Source of the DNA: Candidatus Aminicenantes bacterium
GTDB lineage: Bacteria > Acidobacteriota > Aminicenantia > Aminicenantales > UBA8522
Direction: 5' to 3'
Assembly (NCBI GenBank): GCA_963764885.1
Contig: CAVXUH010000007.1
Location: 749,066-813,065 of the forward strand
Length of the DNA: 64,000 bases
Position 1 is the first letter of the stretch; every line of letters begins with the position of its first letter. The position numbers were made by a program, and so were the translations under genes. Below, in pieces: positions 27,693 to 37,438 of the stretch. The notes beneath the pieces were generated by a model. That model searched no databases. It had not been told where the DNA came from and saw only the letters and a list, made by a program, of their open reading frames with translations.

Positions 27693-27727
27693 CCTCAGCC
27701 CTCGAGCGCCGGGGGGCGGCCCAGGAG

Positions 27728-28072
27728 CTAGGGCTTATAGTTGCCCCACTGGATGAGGACGATGATGATGCTGATGAGCAGCGTGTAGATGACCAGCGTT
27801 TCGATCAGCACCAGGCCGAAGATCAGCAGGAACCGGATGTGCGGCGCCGAGCCCGGGTTCCGCGAGATCCCCTCGCAGGCGCTGGAGATGGCCTTCGCCT
27901 GGCAGAAGGCGCCGGCCGCGGCCGCGACGGCGATGGCCGCGCCGCCGATGATGATCGCCCACTTGTAGAGGTTGGCCTTGACGGGGTCGAGTGCGCCCTC
28001 CTGAGCGAGAAGGGGAGCGCCGGCGAGCAGGACGAAGACGACGAGCAGGCCGAAGGCCTTAAGATTCTTCAT
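27728..28072 (-). CDS. atpE: ATP synthase Fo subunit c
   Basis: Helical hairpin with SRNP loop and IETLVIY carboxylate motif; signal-like N-terminal extension. Confidence 0.93.
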   Translation of the reverse strand: MKNLKAFGLLVVFVLLAGAPLLAQEGALDPVKANLYKWAIIIGGAAIAVAAAAGAFCQAKAISSACEGISRNPGSAPHIRFLLIFGLVLIETLVIYTLLISIIIVLIQWGNYKP

Positions 28073-28093
28073 GATAGCGACTCCTTTCCATGA

Positions 28094-28840
28094 TCAGTGA
28101 TCTTCCTCGTGGGCCACGGCGCCGGCGATGTAGATGCAGGCGAGCAGAACGAAGACGAAGGCCTGGATCACCGACGTGAATATGGCCACCGCCATGAACG
28201 GCAGGGGAAGGACAAACGGCACGATCGAAGCGATGATGACAATCAGCAGCTCCTCGGCGAAGATGTTGCCGAAGAGCCGCAGCGAGAGCGAGACGGGACG
28301 CGAGAAATGACTGATGAGTTCAATCGGCAGCAGGAGCGGGGCCAGGGCGGGGATCGGCCCGGCGAAGTGCTTGAGATACCGGAAGACGCCCTGGGCTTTC
28401 ATGCCCTGCCAGTGATAATAGACGAAGACGGTCAGCGCGCAGCCGAAGGTCACGTTGAGCTTGCTGGTGGGCGACATGAACCCGGGCACGAGGCCGATCA
28501 TGTTCGCGGAGAAGATGAACAGCCCGATGGTGGCGATCATCGGCAGGAATTTCCGGCCCTCTTCGCCGATGATCTCGACAAGCTGGCCCTCGAAGCCCTC
28601 GACGATGATCTCGAGGAGGTTCTGGCGGCCGGAGGGGATCAGCCGGAGCCCGCGCGAGGCGAGACCGAGCGCGACGACCAGGAGCACGGCGACGACAATG
28701 ACCATGACGAGGTAATCGGGAACAGGGCTCTCCGGGTGCGCCGGCTGGATGCCCAACAGGTTGAGAAGGGCAAGGATCGGCTTGCCGAACAGTTTGTTGA
28801 AGAGTTCGGCGGCGTAGACCGTATGCTCTAGGCCTTCCAT
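28094..28840 (-). CDS. atpB: ATP synthase Fo subunit a
   Basis: RPVSLSLRLFGNI and IQAFVFVLL motifs. Confidence 0.95.
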   Translation of the reverse strand: MEGLEHTVYAAELFNKLFGKPILALLNLLGIQPAHPESPVPDYLVMVIVVAVLLVVALGLASRGLRLIPSGRQNLLEIIVEGFEGQLVEIIGEEGRKFLPMIATIGLFIFSANMIGLVPGFMSPTSKLNVTFGCALTVFVYYHWQGMKAQGVFRYLKHFAGPIPALAPLLLPIELISHFSRPVSLSLRLFGNIFAEELLIVIIASIVPFVLPLPFMAVAIFTSVIQAFVFVLLACIYIAGAVAHEEDH

Positions 28841-29217
28841 GTTTTCATCTGTATCAGGGCCACGACGGCTTCAGCCAGGGTGGCCGGAACGAGGCTCGAA
28901 AAACCCGCCGCGAAGGCGAGGATCATCCTCGGAAACAGCAGGATTATAATCAAGAAAACGGCGATTATCAAGAAGAGCCTGAGAATGTAGAAGAGGATCC
29001 CCGTTTTCAGCGCCGCTTTTCTGTCCGGGCCGAGGAACCGGCCGACCGTCTGCCTGAGCCAGATGAAGCTGGCCGTCGAAAACAGGCCGCCGGCGGCGAT
29101 GAAGAGCGCGGTCAGGGGGCTGAAAAAGAGAAGGGAGCCGGCGGCGAGGGCCAGGGAGAACGCCATGATCTCGAGCGGCAATCGCCGCAGGACGCGGTCC
29201 TCAACGCTCGTCGTCAT
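28828..29217 (-). CDS. atpI: ATP synthase protein I
   Basis: Four TM helices immediately upstream of atpB. Confidence 0.75.
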   Translation of the reverse strand: MTTSVEDRVLRRLPLEIMAFSLALAAGSLLFFSPLTALFIAAGGLFSTASFIWLRQTVGRFLGPDRKAALKTGILFYILRLFLIIAVFLIIILLFPRMILAFAAGFSSLVPATLAEAVVALIQMKTWKA

Positions 29218-29461
29218 TGTCTTTTTCCACGCCCATCCTCCTGAGGCTCCGGACCAGGCTCAGGAGACCGGAGGCGACCCCCAGGAGCGTAAAGATCCCC
29301 AGGAGCCAGGGATGCGTGGAGAAGAGCTTGTCCAGGAGCCAGCCGATCAGCATCCCGACGGCGATCGACGAGGGGAGGACCAGGCCAAGCGAGCTCAGCT
29401 CGGCCAGCTTTCGGTATTTCCCCGGCGTCGGGTGCCGGGCGTCTGTCGGGTCTTGGGGCAT
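29201..29461 (-). CDS. AtpZ/AtpI-family (ATPase gene 1) protein
   Basis: GMLIGWLLDKLFSTHPWL motif; first gene of the Fo operon. Confidence 0.85.
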   Translation of the reverse strand: MPQDPTDARHPTPGKYRKLAELSSLGLVLPSSIAVGMLIGWLLDKLFSTHPWLLGIFTLLGVASGLLSLVRSLRRMGVEKDNDDER

Positions 29462-29477
29462 GAAATTAACCGCACGT

Positions 29478-29506
29478 ATTGTTGAATTGTCCGCGCCAAA
29501 AGTCAA
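29478..29506 (-). promoter_or_regulatory. Sigma70-type promoter of the Fo operon
   Basis: TTGACT-N17-AACAAT on the minus strand. Confidence 0.5.
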
Positions 29507-29509
29507 CCC

Positions 29510-29555
29510 GGGGACAGGCCCCGCCCGGGGACAGGTACGGGGCTGTGCCTGTCCC
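29510..29555. repeat. GGGGACAGG palindromes (REP-like or terminator) after the fkp-like gene
   Basis: GGGGACAGGCCCC then hairpin GGGACAGGTAC-loop-GTGCCTGTCCC abutting the stop codon. Confidence 0.5.
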
Positions 29556-32500
29556 TAACAGACGGTGACGGCCAGCCCTTCGGTGCTGATATCGAAACCG
29601 AAGAACCGGGCGCGGTCGTTGGGGGGATGGGCCTCGAGCTCCTGCCGGAGCGCCTTGGCCGAGTCCGCGGAGGGGGAGACGAGGAGCAGGAACCCGCCCC
29701 CGCCCGCGCCCATGAGCTTGGCGCCCACGACCAGCGGCGCCGCCCGCCGGAGGGTCTCCTCGATGACTTCCGTCGTGGAGTCGGGGTCGATCCTCTTCTT
29801 GAGATCCCAGGCTTCGCCGAGCCGGCGGCCGAACCCGGTCAGGTCTTTGGCGGCCATGGCCTCGACCATGAGCGGAGGGAAGGCGTGGATTCTTTTCAGG
29901 GTATCCATCGACCCGCGGTCGCGGTCGAGATAGCCGCCGACGACGTCGTGGAGGATATTCTTGGCGAGCCGGCGCATGCCCGTGTAATAAAGCAGGCTCT
30001 GTCCGCCGTTCGTCCGGGGGTCGAGCACGTCGGCGGGCACATATTGGATGCGGGGGTCGGGCACGAGCCCCGGTCCGGTGGTGATCATCTTGACGCCGGG
30101 GAGCACGCCCCCGACCTGGTCCTGCCAGCCTCCGCCCGTCGTCAGCTCCTGCTCGAGGCGGAGGACATCGTGGAAAAGCTCCCGGGTCCGGAGCGGCCGG
30201 CCGGTCAGCCGCTGGACGACGGCGGTCAGGACCGCTCCCATGATGCTGGATGTGCCCAGTCCGCTGCCGCTCGGGATGGCGGCGAGCGTGGTCAGCTCGA
30301 TCCCCCCGCCGAAGAGTTCGAGCATGCCGCCGAGCGTCCGGGTCCCCAGGGGCCAGCCATCGTTTTCCAGGGAAAACCCGCCCAGCGCCAGCGCGGCTTT
30401 CGCCAGCCCGAACGTGCTCTCGGGCGACCGGTAATCCAGCAGGTCGTCGAGCTCCCTGATGACGGCATGGACGCCGTGATCGATCGAGGCGATCCGAATC
30501 TCCGGTTCCGGGATGACCCGGGCGTAGGCGTGAATGGGCGGCTGGCCGTTGAGGTTCACCGCCGCGTTGATGACGCACCCCCCGTGTTCCAGGGCATAAG
30601 GGGGAGTGTCCGACCAGCCCCCTCCCAGGTCGAGCCGGGCCGGCGCGCGCCCCCAGACAATCTCGTCCGCTCGGAGCGCGTTCCTGGGAAAGGCGGCGTT
30701 TTTCCCCCGGCTCATCACGATCGTCCGGCCCACGTTTTCGAAGGCCAGTTCCTGGAGCTTCCTGGGGAAAGCCGGAGCGTCGCCCGCCGCGCCGAGGGTC
30801 AGGCCTAAGGACGATAGACATTCCCTCTCATCTTCGGCGAGACCGGCGAAGGCTGTCTCCAAGGATTTCCCGGCTTCGGCCTCCCGCTCCCAGCCCAGGG
30901 TTTGCAGGGCCGTGCCCAGGGAATGGAGGATCCTGGAGGGCTCGAGCCGCTCCAGTCCGCCGACATCCGGCCCGCCGCCGGGACGAAGACAGCACTGCCT
31001 GAGGATGGCCGTTAACCAACCCCCGAGCGCCTCCCGGCCCGCGCCGGCGAGGACGTGGGCCAGCTCGGCCGCCGAAAATCCGCTCCCCGGCCGGAAGACC
31101 TGGCGCAGGTTTCCGAGCAGCTCTTCGGACCGGATCTCGAACCTCCGCCCGTGAAATTCTTCCTGGGAGGCGAGCCCGGCGATCTCGGCGAAGCTGTAAC
31201 GGTCGGCCGCCCGCCAGTCCGTTTTTTGACGGGGGGACGCGCGCTCCGGTTCGAGCATCCAGAGCCAGTCGCGGAAACCGTCCTCAGTCCGGACGGCGGG
31301 AAAAGCCCTCGCGTTCCAGACCAGGCGCTGTTCGGGAGGAAGGTCGCCGCTCCAGAGATCGTTTTCCCCGGCCTCCATGGCCCTCAGCCAATCGGCCAGA
31401 GACAATCCCCCCAGCCGGGCGTCGGGCGCCGGCCGGTGAAAGACATCGTCGACCCCGTAGCACCTGACGAAACGGACCCGGCTGCCGGACCGGTCCCGGC
31501 CCGCCAGGACGTCGAGTACCGTTCCGGCCGGCAGGGCGACCGGCCGCCGGATGTCCGCCCCGATCACGGCGTTTTCCCCCCCGAGCGTGAGGGCCGCTTC
31601 GATCCGGCAGCCCTCGACCCAGGACCTCGAGCCGGCGATCCGCCCCTCGCCCCGGACCGCGCTGTTGACGCGCAGGCAGTCTCCTGCGTGGGAGGTGCCG
31701 TGGTCGATGCTGAGGATGTCGCTGCCGCTCTGGATGAGCTGCCGGGAAGTTCCGAAATGAAGGAACCCGCACTGGGGAAGGACCGAGACAAAGAAAGGGA
31801 TCTTGGAAACCGCTTGAAAGATACGGTGAAGACTTCCCCCGTCGAGCGTTGAGCCGCTGGCGCGCACGGCGGCGACGTAATCCCGGTCGGTGGACCCCGT
31901 CCCCAGCGCGCAGGCGATCTCCCGGTAGAAATCCAGGCCGCACCGCTCGATGGCCTCGGCCATCGGGCCGGTCCAGCCGAGCTCCCCATCCGGTCCGGGG
32001 GCGATGTCGCAGACCGATATGATGTCCACGGCCGTCGCGGCGTCGAAGCCCATGACGCCGATGTCGAGGATGGACTGGCCGTGCCTGTTGACCGCACCAC
32101 TGTCTGCTTGCTCGGCCGGCGATGGCTTCTGGAGGAACCGCCGGACGCGACCCTCGCCCGCCGGGCAGTAGACGCCGTGGCGGCTGGCCAGGTCGGGCGC
32201 GGCCGGGCAGCCCAGGCCGGTAACGCCTCCGTCCTGGAAGCGGGCATTCGCGCTGTCGAAGATCAGCAGCACGTCGCCGCTCGTGATGACGATCTGGCCC
32301 CTGCCCGGGCTCGACGGCGGCAGCCCGAGATAGACGGGGAGTTGGCGGTCAAGGAGCGTCATCCCCAGGGCCCGGTCCGATTCGCCGGGGACGGGGATGA
32401 AGATCTTGCCGCAGGGGCCGTAGGCGGGGATCCGCCGGGAGTCCCCCCCGGCGTGGACGATCAGGATGCGGAACTTCCGGAGGCAGGCCAGCCAGGCGCC

Positions 32501-32737
32501 GCGCTCGAGCCGGTCCCGGGAGCCGGCCAGCTCCCGGCTGAGGACCCGGAGCAGGGAGTGGATGGTGCTCCCACCGCTCCCGACCCGCCGTCCGCCCGGG
32601 TCCGCCACGACGAGAATGTTCCGCGCGCCCGGGATCAGCCCGAGCTTCTTCCGGATGTCGAGCTGGGACCGGTAGGCGGACGCCTGGGCCTCATGGGAAG
32701 CCGTGACGACGAGATAATCCCAGGGCTCGGTGATCAC
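29555..32737 (-). CDS. fkp: Bifunctional L-fucokinase/GDP-L-fucose pyrophosphorylase (Fkp)-like protein
   Basis: N-terminal RVGSGGST and HAGGDSRR nucleotidyltransferase motifs; C-terminal GHMP kinase with PARLDLGGGWSDTPP, GSGLGTSS, TTGGGWQDQ and GAGGGGF. Confidence 0.85.
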   Translation of the reverse strand: MITEPWDYLVVTASHEAQASAYRSQLDIRKKLGLIPGARNILVVADPGGRRVGSGGSTIHSLLRVLSRELAGSRDRLERGAWLACLRKFRILIVHAGGDSRRIPAYGPCGKIFIPVPGESDRALGMTLLDRQLPVYLGLPPSSPGRGQIVITSGDVLLIFDSANARFQDGGVTGLGCPAAPDLASRHGVYCPAGEGRVRRFLQKPSPAEQADSGAVNRHGQSILDIGVMGFDAATAVDIISVCDIAPGPDGELGWTGPMAEAIERCGLDFYREIACALGTGSTDRDYVAAVRASGSTLDGGSLHRIFQAVSKIPFFVSVLPQCGFLHFGTSRQLIQSGSDILSIDHGTSHAGDCLRVNSAVRGEGRIAGSRSWVEGCRIEAALTLGGENAVIGADIRRPVALPAGTVLDVLAGRDRSGSRVRFVRCYGVDDVFHRPAPDARLGGLSLADWLRAMEAGENDLWSGDLPPEQRLVWNARAFPAVRTEDGFRDWLWMLEPERASPRQKTDWRAADRYSFAEIAGLASQEEFHGRRFEIRSEELLGNLRQVFRPGSGFSAAELAHVLAGAGREALGGWLTAILRQCCLRPGGGPDVGGLERLEPSRILHSLGTALQTLGWEREAEAGKSLETAFAGLAEDERECLSSLGLTLGAAGDAPAFPRKLQELAFENVGRTIVMSRGKNAAFPRNALRADEIVWGRAPARLDLGGGWSDTPPYALEHGGCVINAAVNLNGQPPIHAYARVIPEPEIRIASIDHGVHAVIRELDDLLDYRSPESTFGLAKAALALGGFSLENDGWPLGTRTLGGMLELFGGGIELTTLAAIPSGSGLGTSSIMGAVLTAVVQRLTGRPLRTRELFHDVLRLEQELTTGGGWQDQVGGVLPGVKMITTGPGLVPDPRIQYVPADVLDPRTNGGQSLLYYTGMRRLAKNILHDVVGGYLDRDRGSMDTLKRIHAFPPLMVEAMAAKDLTGFGRRLGEAWDLKKRIDPDSTTEVIEETLRRAAPLVVGAKLMGAGGGGFLLLVSPSADSAKALRQELEAHPPNDRARFFGFDISTEGLAVTVC

Positions 32738-33702
32738 TTATTGCCGGCGCCGGCCTCGACTTGGGCCTTGACCCACGGATAGGTCTTGGCGATCCCCTCC
32801 CGCAGCGAGAAACGCGACCGCCAGCCGATCGCCGAGATCCGGTCGATCCTGAAATTTCGGGCCTTGACGCCGACGGGCCCCTCGATGTGCTTGAAGTGAA
32901 TCGTCTTGCCGGCGACGGAGGCGATCGTGGCGGCCAGCTCGTCCACGGAGACATATTCCTGGCGGCCGATGTTGACGCCGTCCTCGAGGCCGGATTCCAT
33001 CAGCCGGCGGATGCCGTCGACCATGTCATCGATGTAAGTGTAGGCCCGCATGGCCGTGCCGTCGCCCCAGAGCTCGATCGTGCCGCCGTCCGGGGCCTCG
33101 GCGATCTTGCGCGAGAGCGCCGCGGGGGCCTTTTCCCGGCCGCCGCGCCAGGTGCCCTCCGGGCCGTAGCAGTTCTGAAAACGGGCCAGCCGGACCGTCA
33201 TGCCGTAGCGCCGGCCGTAGGCCATGGCCAGGCGCTCGGCATAGAGTTTTTCCCAGCCGTATTCGTTGTCCGGCCGGGCCGGGTAGGCTTCCTCTTCGGA
33301 GAGCTCGGGCTCGTCGAACTCCATGTCCCTATAAACGCAGGCCGAGGACGAGAAGAAATAGCGTTTGACGCCCGCAGCGGCGCTCGAGTGGATCATGTGG
33401 ATGTTGATGAGCGCGCTGTTCCGCATGATCTCGCACTCGGCGGAGTGGATGAACCCCATGCCGCCCATGTCGGCCGCCAGCTGGTAGACCTCGTCGAAGA
33501 CCGCGCCCCCCGGCCCGGCGACCGCCGCCCGGCAGTTCGCCTCTTCCCGGAGGTCGAGGAGCTGGAAGTCGTCGGCCGCCGTGGGCGAGAATTCCGGATA
33601 TTTGAGGTCCGCGCCCCGGACCCAGTAGCCTTCATCCTTGAGCCGTTTGACGAGATGGCTGCCGATAAAACCGCCGGCGCCGGTGACCAGTGCTTTTTTC
33701 AT
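32734..33702 (-). CDS. GDP-mannose 3,5-epimerase (GME)-like SDR
   Basis: GAGGFIG, LAADMGGMGFI, SSSACVY, YGWEK and YGPEGTWRGGREKAPAA are GME-family signatures. Confidence 0.85.
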   Translation of the reverse strand: MKKALVTGAGGFIGSHLVKRLKDEGYWVRGADLKYPEFSPTAADDFQLLDLREEANCRAAVAGPGGAVFDEVYQLAADMGGMGFIHSAECEIMRNSALINIHMIHSSAAAGVKRYFFSSSACVYRDMEFDEPELSEEEAYPARPDNEYGWEKLYAERLAMAYGRRYGMTVRLARFQNCYGPEGTWRGGREKAPAALSRKIAEAPDGGTIELWGDGTAMRAYTYIDDMVDGIRRLMESGLEDGVNIGRQEYVSVDELAATIASVAGKTIHFKHIEGPVGVKARNFRIDRISAIGWRSRFSLREGIAKTYPWVKAQVEAGAGNK

Positions 33703-33729
33703 GTCGGATGGCCTCCTCGGGGGGCTCCA

Positions 33730-33758
33730 CTAATACCACAGGCAACGGCTTTTTTCAA
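33730..33758 (-). promoter_or_regulatory. Possible sigma70 promoter of the GME-fkp pair
   Basis: TTGAAA-N17-TATTAG with TG extension; a divergent TTGACA lies at 33771. Confidence 0.4.
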
Positions 33759-33817
33759 ATTCCGGCCCGATTGACAGGTTTCGGGCGGTATGGTTAATTA
33801 TCTTCGGTTTACGCTCC

Positions 33818-35242
33818 GTGAAAAAGAAATTCATCGCCTTTCTCACCCTCGTCGCGGGCGACTGCCTGGCCGTGTCCGTGGCCTTCGTCCTGGCTTTTGC
33901 CATCCGGGCCCACCTCCTGCCGTATGTTTTCCCCTCCATCCGGGAGCGGCAGCTCCTTTCTTCGGCTTATTTCGGCCGCGCCTACATGCTTTTCCTGTGG
34001 ATCAGCGTGTTCTGGTACGAAAAGCTCTACACCAAGAGGCACGCCCTTTGGGAGGAGACCCGCGTCCTGATCAAGGGCACGAGCATCGTTTTCGGTCTGA
34101 TCACCGTCGCCGTGTTTATCACCAAGGTCTACATTCCCTTTTCCCGGGCCATCATGATCATGGCCTGGCTCTTCAGCATGGCGCTCCTCCCCCTGATCCG
34201 GTACGCCGTCAAGTCCGCCCTCGTGGCCATGGGCGTCTGGAAAAAGAAAGTCATCGTCATCGGTTCGACCGAGAGCACGGCGGCGCTCGTCCGGGATGTC
34301 GCCCGGAACCGCACCATGGGGTTCACGATCGTCGGTTGTCTGACCGACGACAGGTCGCGGGTCGGGATGACGATCTCCGGCGTCCGGATCCTCGGCCATT
34401 TCGACGAGATCGAGAGGGTTAAGGAGGAAACGGGGTTTGAGGACATCATCGTGACGTTTCCCAACATTCCGCGGGACCGGCTCATCACACTGCTCAAGAG
34501 GTGGGAGGGGCTGAGCGACACGATCCGCTACATCCCGCAGACGGGCGACCTCATCACGACCGGGATCGAGATCGAGAACATCGGCCGGACCCTGGCGCTC
34601 ACGGTACGCAAGAACCTCCACAAACCCTGGAACGTCGCGGGTAAGACCGCCTTCGAGCAGGCCCTGGCGGCGGTGGCGGTCATCCCCCTGCTGCCCGTGT
34701 TCGCCGTGATCGCGGCGGCCATCAAGCTGGATACCCGCGGGCCGGTGTTTTTCGTCCAGGAGCGCTACGGCAAGCGGGGCAAGGTCATCCGGATCTTCAA
34801 GTTCAGGTCGATGCATGTCGACGCGCGCCGCCGCCTGGAGGAATTCCTGGCCGTCGATCCCCGGGCGAACGAGGAGTGGTCGCGGCACAAAAAGCTCCTC
34901 TCGTTCGACCCCCGGCTGACGCGCGTCGGCGCCTTCCTGAGGCGCTTCAGCATCGACGAGCTGCCCCAGCTCTTCAATGTACTGAGCGGGGACATGAGCA
35001 TGGTCGGGCCGAGGCCTTACCTGCGCGACGAGCTGGAGGAAGTCCGCCAGGTCAAGTCGCTTCTGCTCCAGGTCAAGCCCGGGATGACGGGCCTCTGGCA
35101 GACGAGCGGTCGATCGCTCCTGCCCTTCCAAGATCGGCTCAGCCTGGATGAGTACTATATAAGGAACTGGTCCTTCTGGCTCGACCTGGTCATCCTGATG
35201 AGGACGATCAAGGTGGCGATCTCCGGGCGGGGAGCCTTCTAG
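33818..35242 (+). CDS. Undecaprenyl-phosphate hexose-1-phosphate transferase (WbaP/WcaJ family)
   Basis: N-terminal TMs, FKFRSM, DPRLTRVG, SIDELPQL, VGPRP and KPGMTGLWQ motifs. Confidence 0.93.
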   Translation: MKKKFIAFLTLVAGDCLAVSVAFVLAFAIRAHLLPYVFPSIRERQLLSSAYFGRAYMLFLWISVFWYEKLYTKRHALWEETRVLIKGTSIVFGLITVAVFITKVYIPFSRAIMIMAWLFSMALLPLIRYAVKSALVAMGVWKKKVIVIGSTESTAALVRDVARNRTMGFTIVGCLTDDRSRVGMTISGVRILGHFDEIERVKEETGFEDIIVTFPNIPRDRLITLLKRWEGLSDTIRYIPQTGDLITTGIEIENIGRTLALTVRKNLHKPWNVAGKTAFEQALAAVAVIPLLPVFAVIAAAIKLDTRGPVFFVQERYGKRGKVIRIFKFRSMHVDARRRLEEFLAVDPRANEEWSRHKKLLSFDPRLTRVGAFLRRFSIDELPQLFNVLSGDMSMVGPRPYLRDELEEVRQVKSLLLQVKPGMTGLWQTSGRSLLPFQDRLSLDEYYIRNWSFWLDLVILMRTIKVAISGRGAF

Positions 35243-35252
35243 GGACGCGCCG

Positions 35253-36383
35253 GTGAAGATCGGCATCGATGCCCACGCCGCCGAACGGGACGGCTCGGGC
35301 AACTGCACCTACATCCGGGGCCTGATCCGGGGCTTGCTCGAGATCGACCGCGAGAACGACTACGTCTTTTACGTCATCAATGAAAAACATCCCTTTTATG
35401 AGGAGGTTCGGGAAGATCGCCGGGTCTGTCTGCACGCCCTGCCTGCCCGGAACCCGCTCCTGAGGATCCCCGTTTTCCTCGCGGCGGCGTCCTACCGCGA
35501 TAGGATCGACGTCCTCCATGTCCAGTACATCGCGCCCCCCCGGCACCGGGGGGCCCTGGCCGTCACCATCCACGACATGGCGCACCTTCACCTGCCCGGG
35601 ACCTTTTCGAGATTCGAGGTCCTGAGGTCGAGGCTGCTCGTCCCGAGAACGGCCCGGGCCGCCGAGAGGATCATCACCGGGTCGGAGGGCTCCAGGAAGG
35701 ACATCATTGCGGACTGCGGCGTCGAGCCGAGCCGGGTCGAGGTCGTCCCATACGGAGTCTCGGGATCTTTCGCCGTCAAACGGGACGGGGAAGCGGGCCG
35801 CGACGTTCCGGCCAAATACGGGATCCGGGTTCCTTATATCCTGTGCGTGGGCAGGCTGAACGCCAGGAAAAACATCGCCACCCTGGCCGAAGCCTTCGCT
35901 CTGGCGAAAAAGAGAGAGGCCCTGCCGCATGCCCTTGTCATCGCCGGCAAAAAGGACCACGGCAGCGCCGGCGTGCTCAGCGCCGTGCGGAGAACGGGAG
36001 GGGGGGAGGTCTTGTTCACGGGATTCGTGCCCGACGAGGACCTGCCCCACCTTTACGCGCGGGCCGATGTCCTGGTCTATCCGTCGCTCTTCGAGGGGTT
36101 CGGGCTGCCCATCCTCGAAGGCCTGGCTGCGGGCGTGCCCGTTGTGGCCTCCGACACACCGGCCCTGAGGGAGACCTTGGGGGAAGCCGGCCTGGCCGTC
36201 AGCCCCCTTCAGCCCGAAGCGATAGCGGCCGCGATCTCCAGGCTGGTCAAGGACCGGAAGCTCCGCCAGGACCTCATCGCCCGGGGACTGGCCAGGGCCG
36301 CGGAGTTCACCTGGCGAAAGTCCGCCCGCCTGACACTGGCGGTGTATGAACAAGCCGCGGCCGCCCGCCGGCAGCGCCGCTGA
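35253..36383 (+). CDS. GT4 glycosyltransferase (WbpY/MtfB-like)
   Basis: TIHD, RKN and YPSLFEGFGLPILE motifs. Confidence 0.92.
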   Translation: MKIGIDAHAAERDGSGNCTYIRGLIRGLLEIDRENDYVFYVINEKHPFYEEVREDRRVCLHALPARNPLLRIPVFLAAASYRDRIDVLHVQYIAPPRHRGALAVTIHDMAHLHLPGTFSRFEVLRSRLLVPRTARAAERIITGSEGSRKDIIADCGVEPSRVEVVPYGVSGSFAVKRDGEAGRDVPAKYGIRVPYILCVGRLNARKNIATLAEAFALAKKREALPHALVIAGKKDHGSAGVLSAVRRTGGGEVLFTGFVPDEDLPHLYARADVLVYPSLFEGFGLPILEGLAAGVPVVASDTPALRETLGEAGLAVSPLQPEAIAAAISRLVKDRKLRQDLIARGLARAAEFTWRKSARLTLAVYEQAAAARRQRR

Positions 36384-36392
36384 CCGAGCCCG

Positions 36393-37427
36393 TCAGTCGC
36401 TCTTTCGCGCCAGGACGACCAGGACGTCCCCCCTGAGCCGGTTCCTGGCCTTGCCGTACCATCGGACCGCCAGCTTCCCCAAACCCTTGGGAAGCGCCCC
36501 GCCCTCCCCGGTCCGCGGTTCCACGGCCGACGCTTCGCGGTGCTCGTGAGCCATCAGTCGCGCGCTCAAGCCGGTCCGGGTCAGCCTCCCGTGCAGGCTC
36601 CTCCAGAGCGCGTGCCGGAGACCCTTTCGATGTGTATACTCGGGGTTGAAGACGAGCAGATTCCTGATGCCCAGGACGCTCAGTCCGGCGCGCTCGGTCA
36701 AGGAGCGGAGCGTCTTCGCCGTGAAGATGGAGAGGTGCTCGGCGGGAGACAGGACGGCCCACGCCTTCCCCAGGAACAACCGGCTCAGGCTGTCATAATC
36801 CGGCGTGCTGATGAGGACGAGCCCGTCCGTCTTGAGCAGGCGGCCGGCTTCGGCCACCGTCCGCGGGGGGTCGGGAACATGCTCCAGTACGTCGAACAAA
36901 GTCACGACGTCGAATGTCCCCGGCGGCCAGCGAAGCTCCTCGAGCGTGCCCAGGCTGACCTTGACGCCGACAACGTCTCTGGCGTAGTCCGCCAGGCGGC
37001 GCGAGATCTCGGTCCCTTCGGCCGTCCAGCCGGCGGCCCCGGCCGCCTTCAGGAAGAAACCGCCGCCGCAGCCGACGTCGAGGAGCCGCCCGCCCGGAGG
37101 CCGATGGCTTTCCAGGAGGCCCAGGTAGAGCCCGAAATGGCGGCGGAGGAATTCGAGGTCATAGCTCCGCGGGGTGGCCCGGTGGGCCGCCAGATATTCG
37201 GAAAAAAACTCCGGGCTCTCGTACCTTTTCTCCGCCTCGGCCCGGCGGAGGCGGGGGTTCGAGAAGATGAACCCACACTCCCGGCAGCGGACGATCCTCA
37301 GTCCGAATTTCACGGCGACTGAGCGCGTGCGGGTCCCACCGCAGAGGGCGCAGGCCACCAGCTCTGTTTCTTGGGGCGGCCCTCCGACCCGTCCGGGTGG
37401 GCTCGCGGCGTGGGTTCGCTCGACCAT
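36393..37427 (-). CDS. Class I SAM-dependent methyltransferase with N-terminal zinc ribbon
   Basis: CxxC..CxxC, LDVGCGGG and DVLEHVPDP motifs. Confidence 0.88.
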   Translation of the reverse strand: MVERTHAASPPGRVGGPPQETELVACALCGGTRTRSVAVKFGLRIVRCRECGFIFSNPRLRRAEAEKRYESPEFFSEYLAAHRATPRSYDLEFLRRHFGLYLGLLESHRPPGGRLLDVGCGGGFFLKAAGAAGWTAEGTEISRRLADYARDVVGVKVSLGTLEELRWPPGTFDVVTLFDVLEHVPDPPRTVAEAGRLLKTDGLVLISTPDYDSLSRLFLGKAWAVLSPAEHLSIFTAKTLRSLTERAGLSVLGIRNLLVFNPEYTHRKGLRHALWRSLHGRLTRTGLSARLMAHEHREASAVEPRTGEGGALPKGLGKLAVRWYGKARNRLRGDVLVVLARKSD

Positions 37428-37438
37428 CGCGGCGCGAA

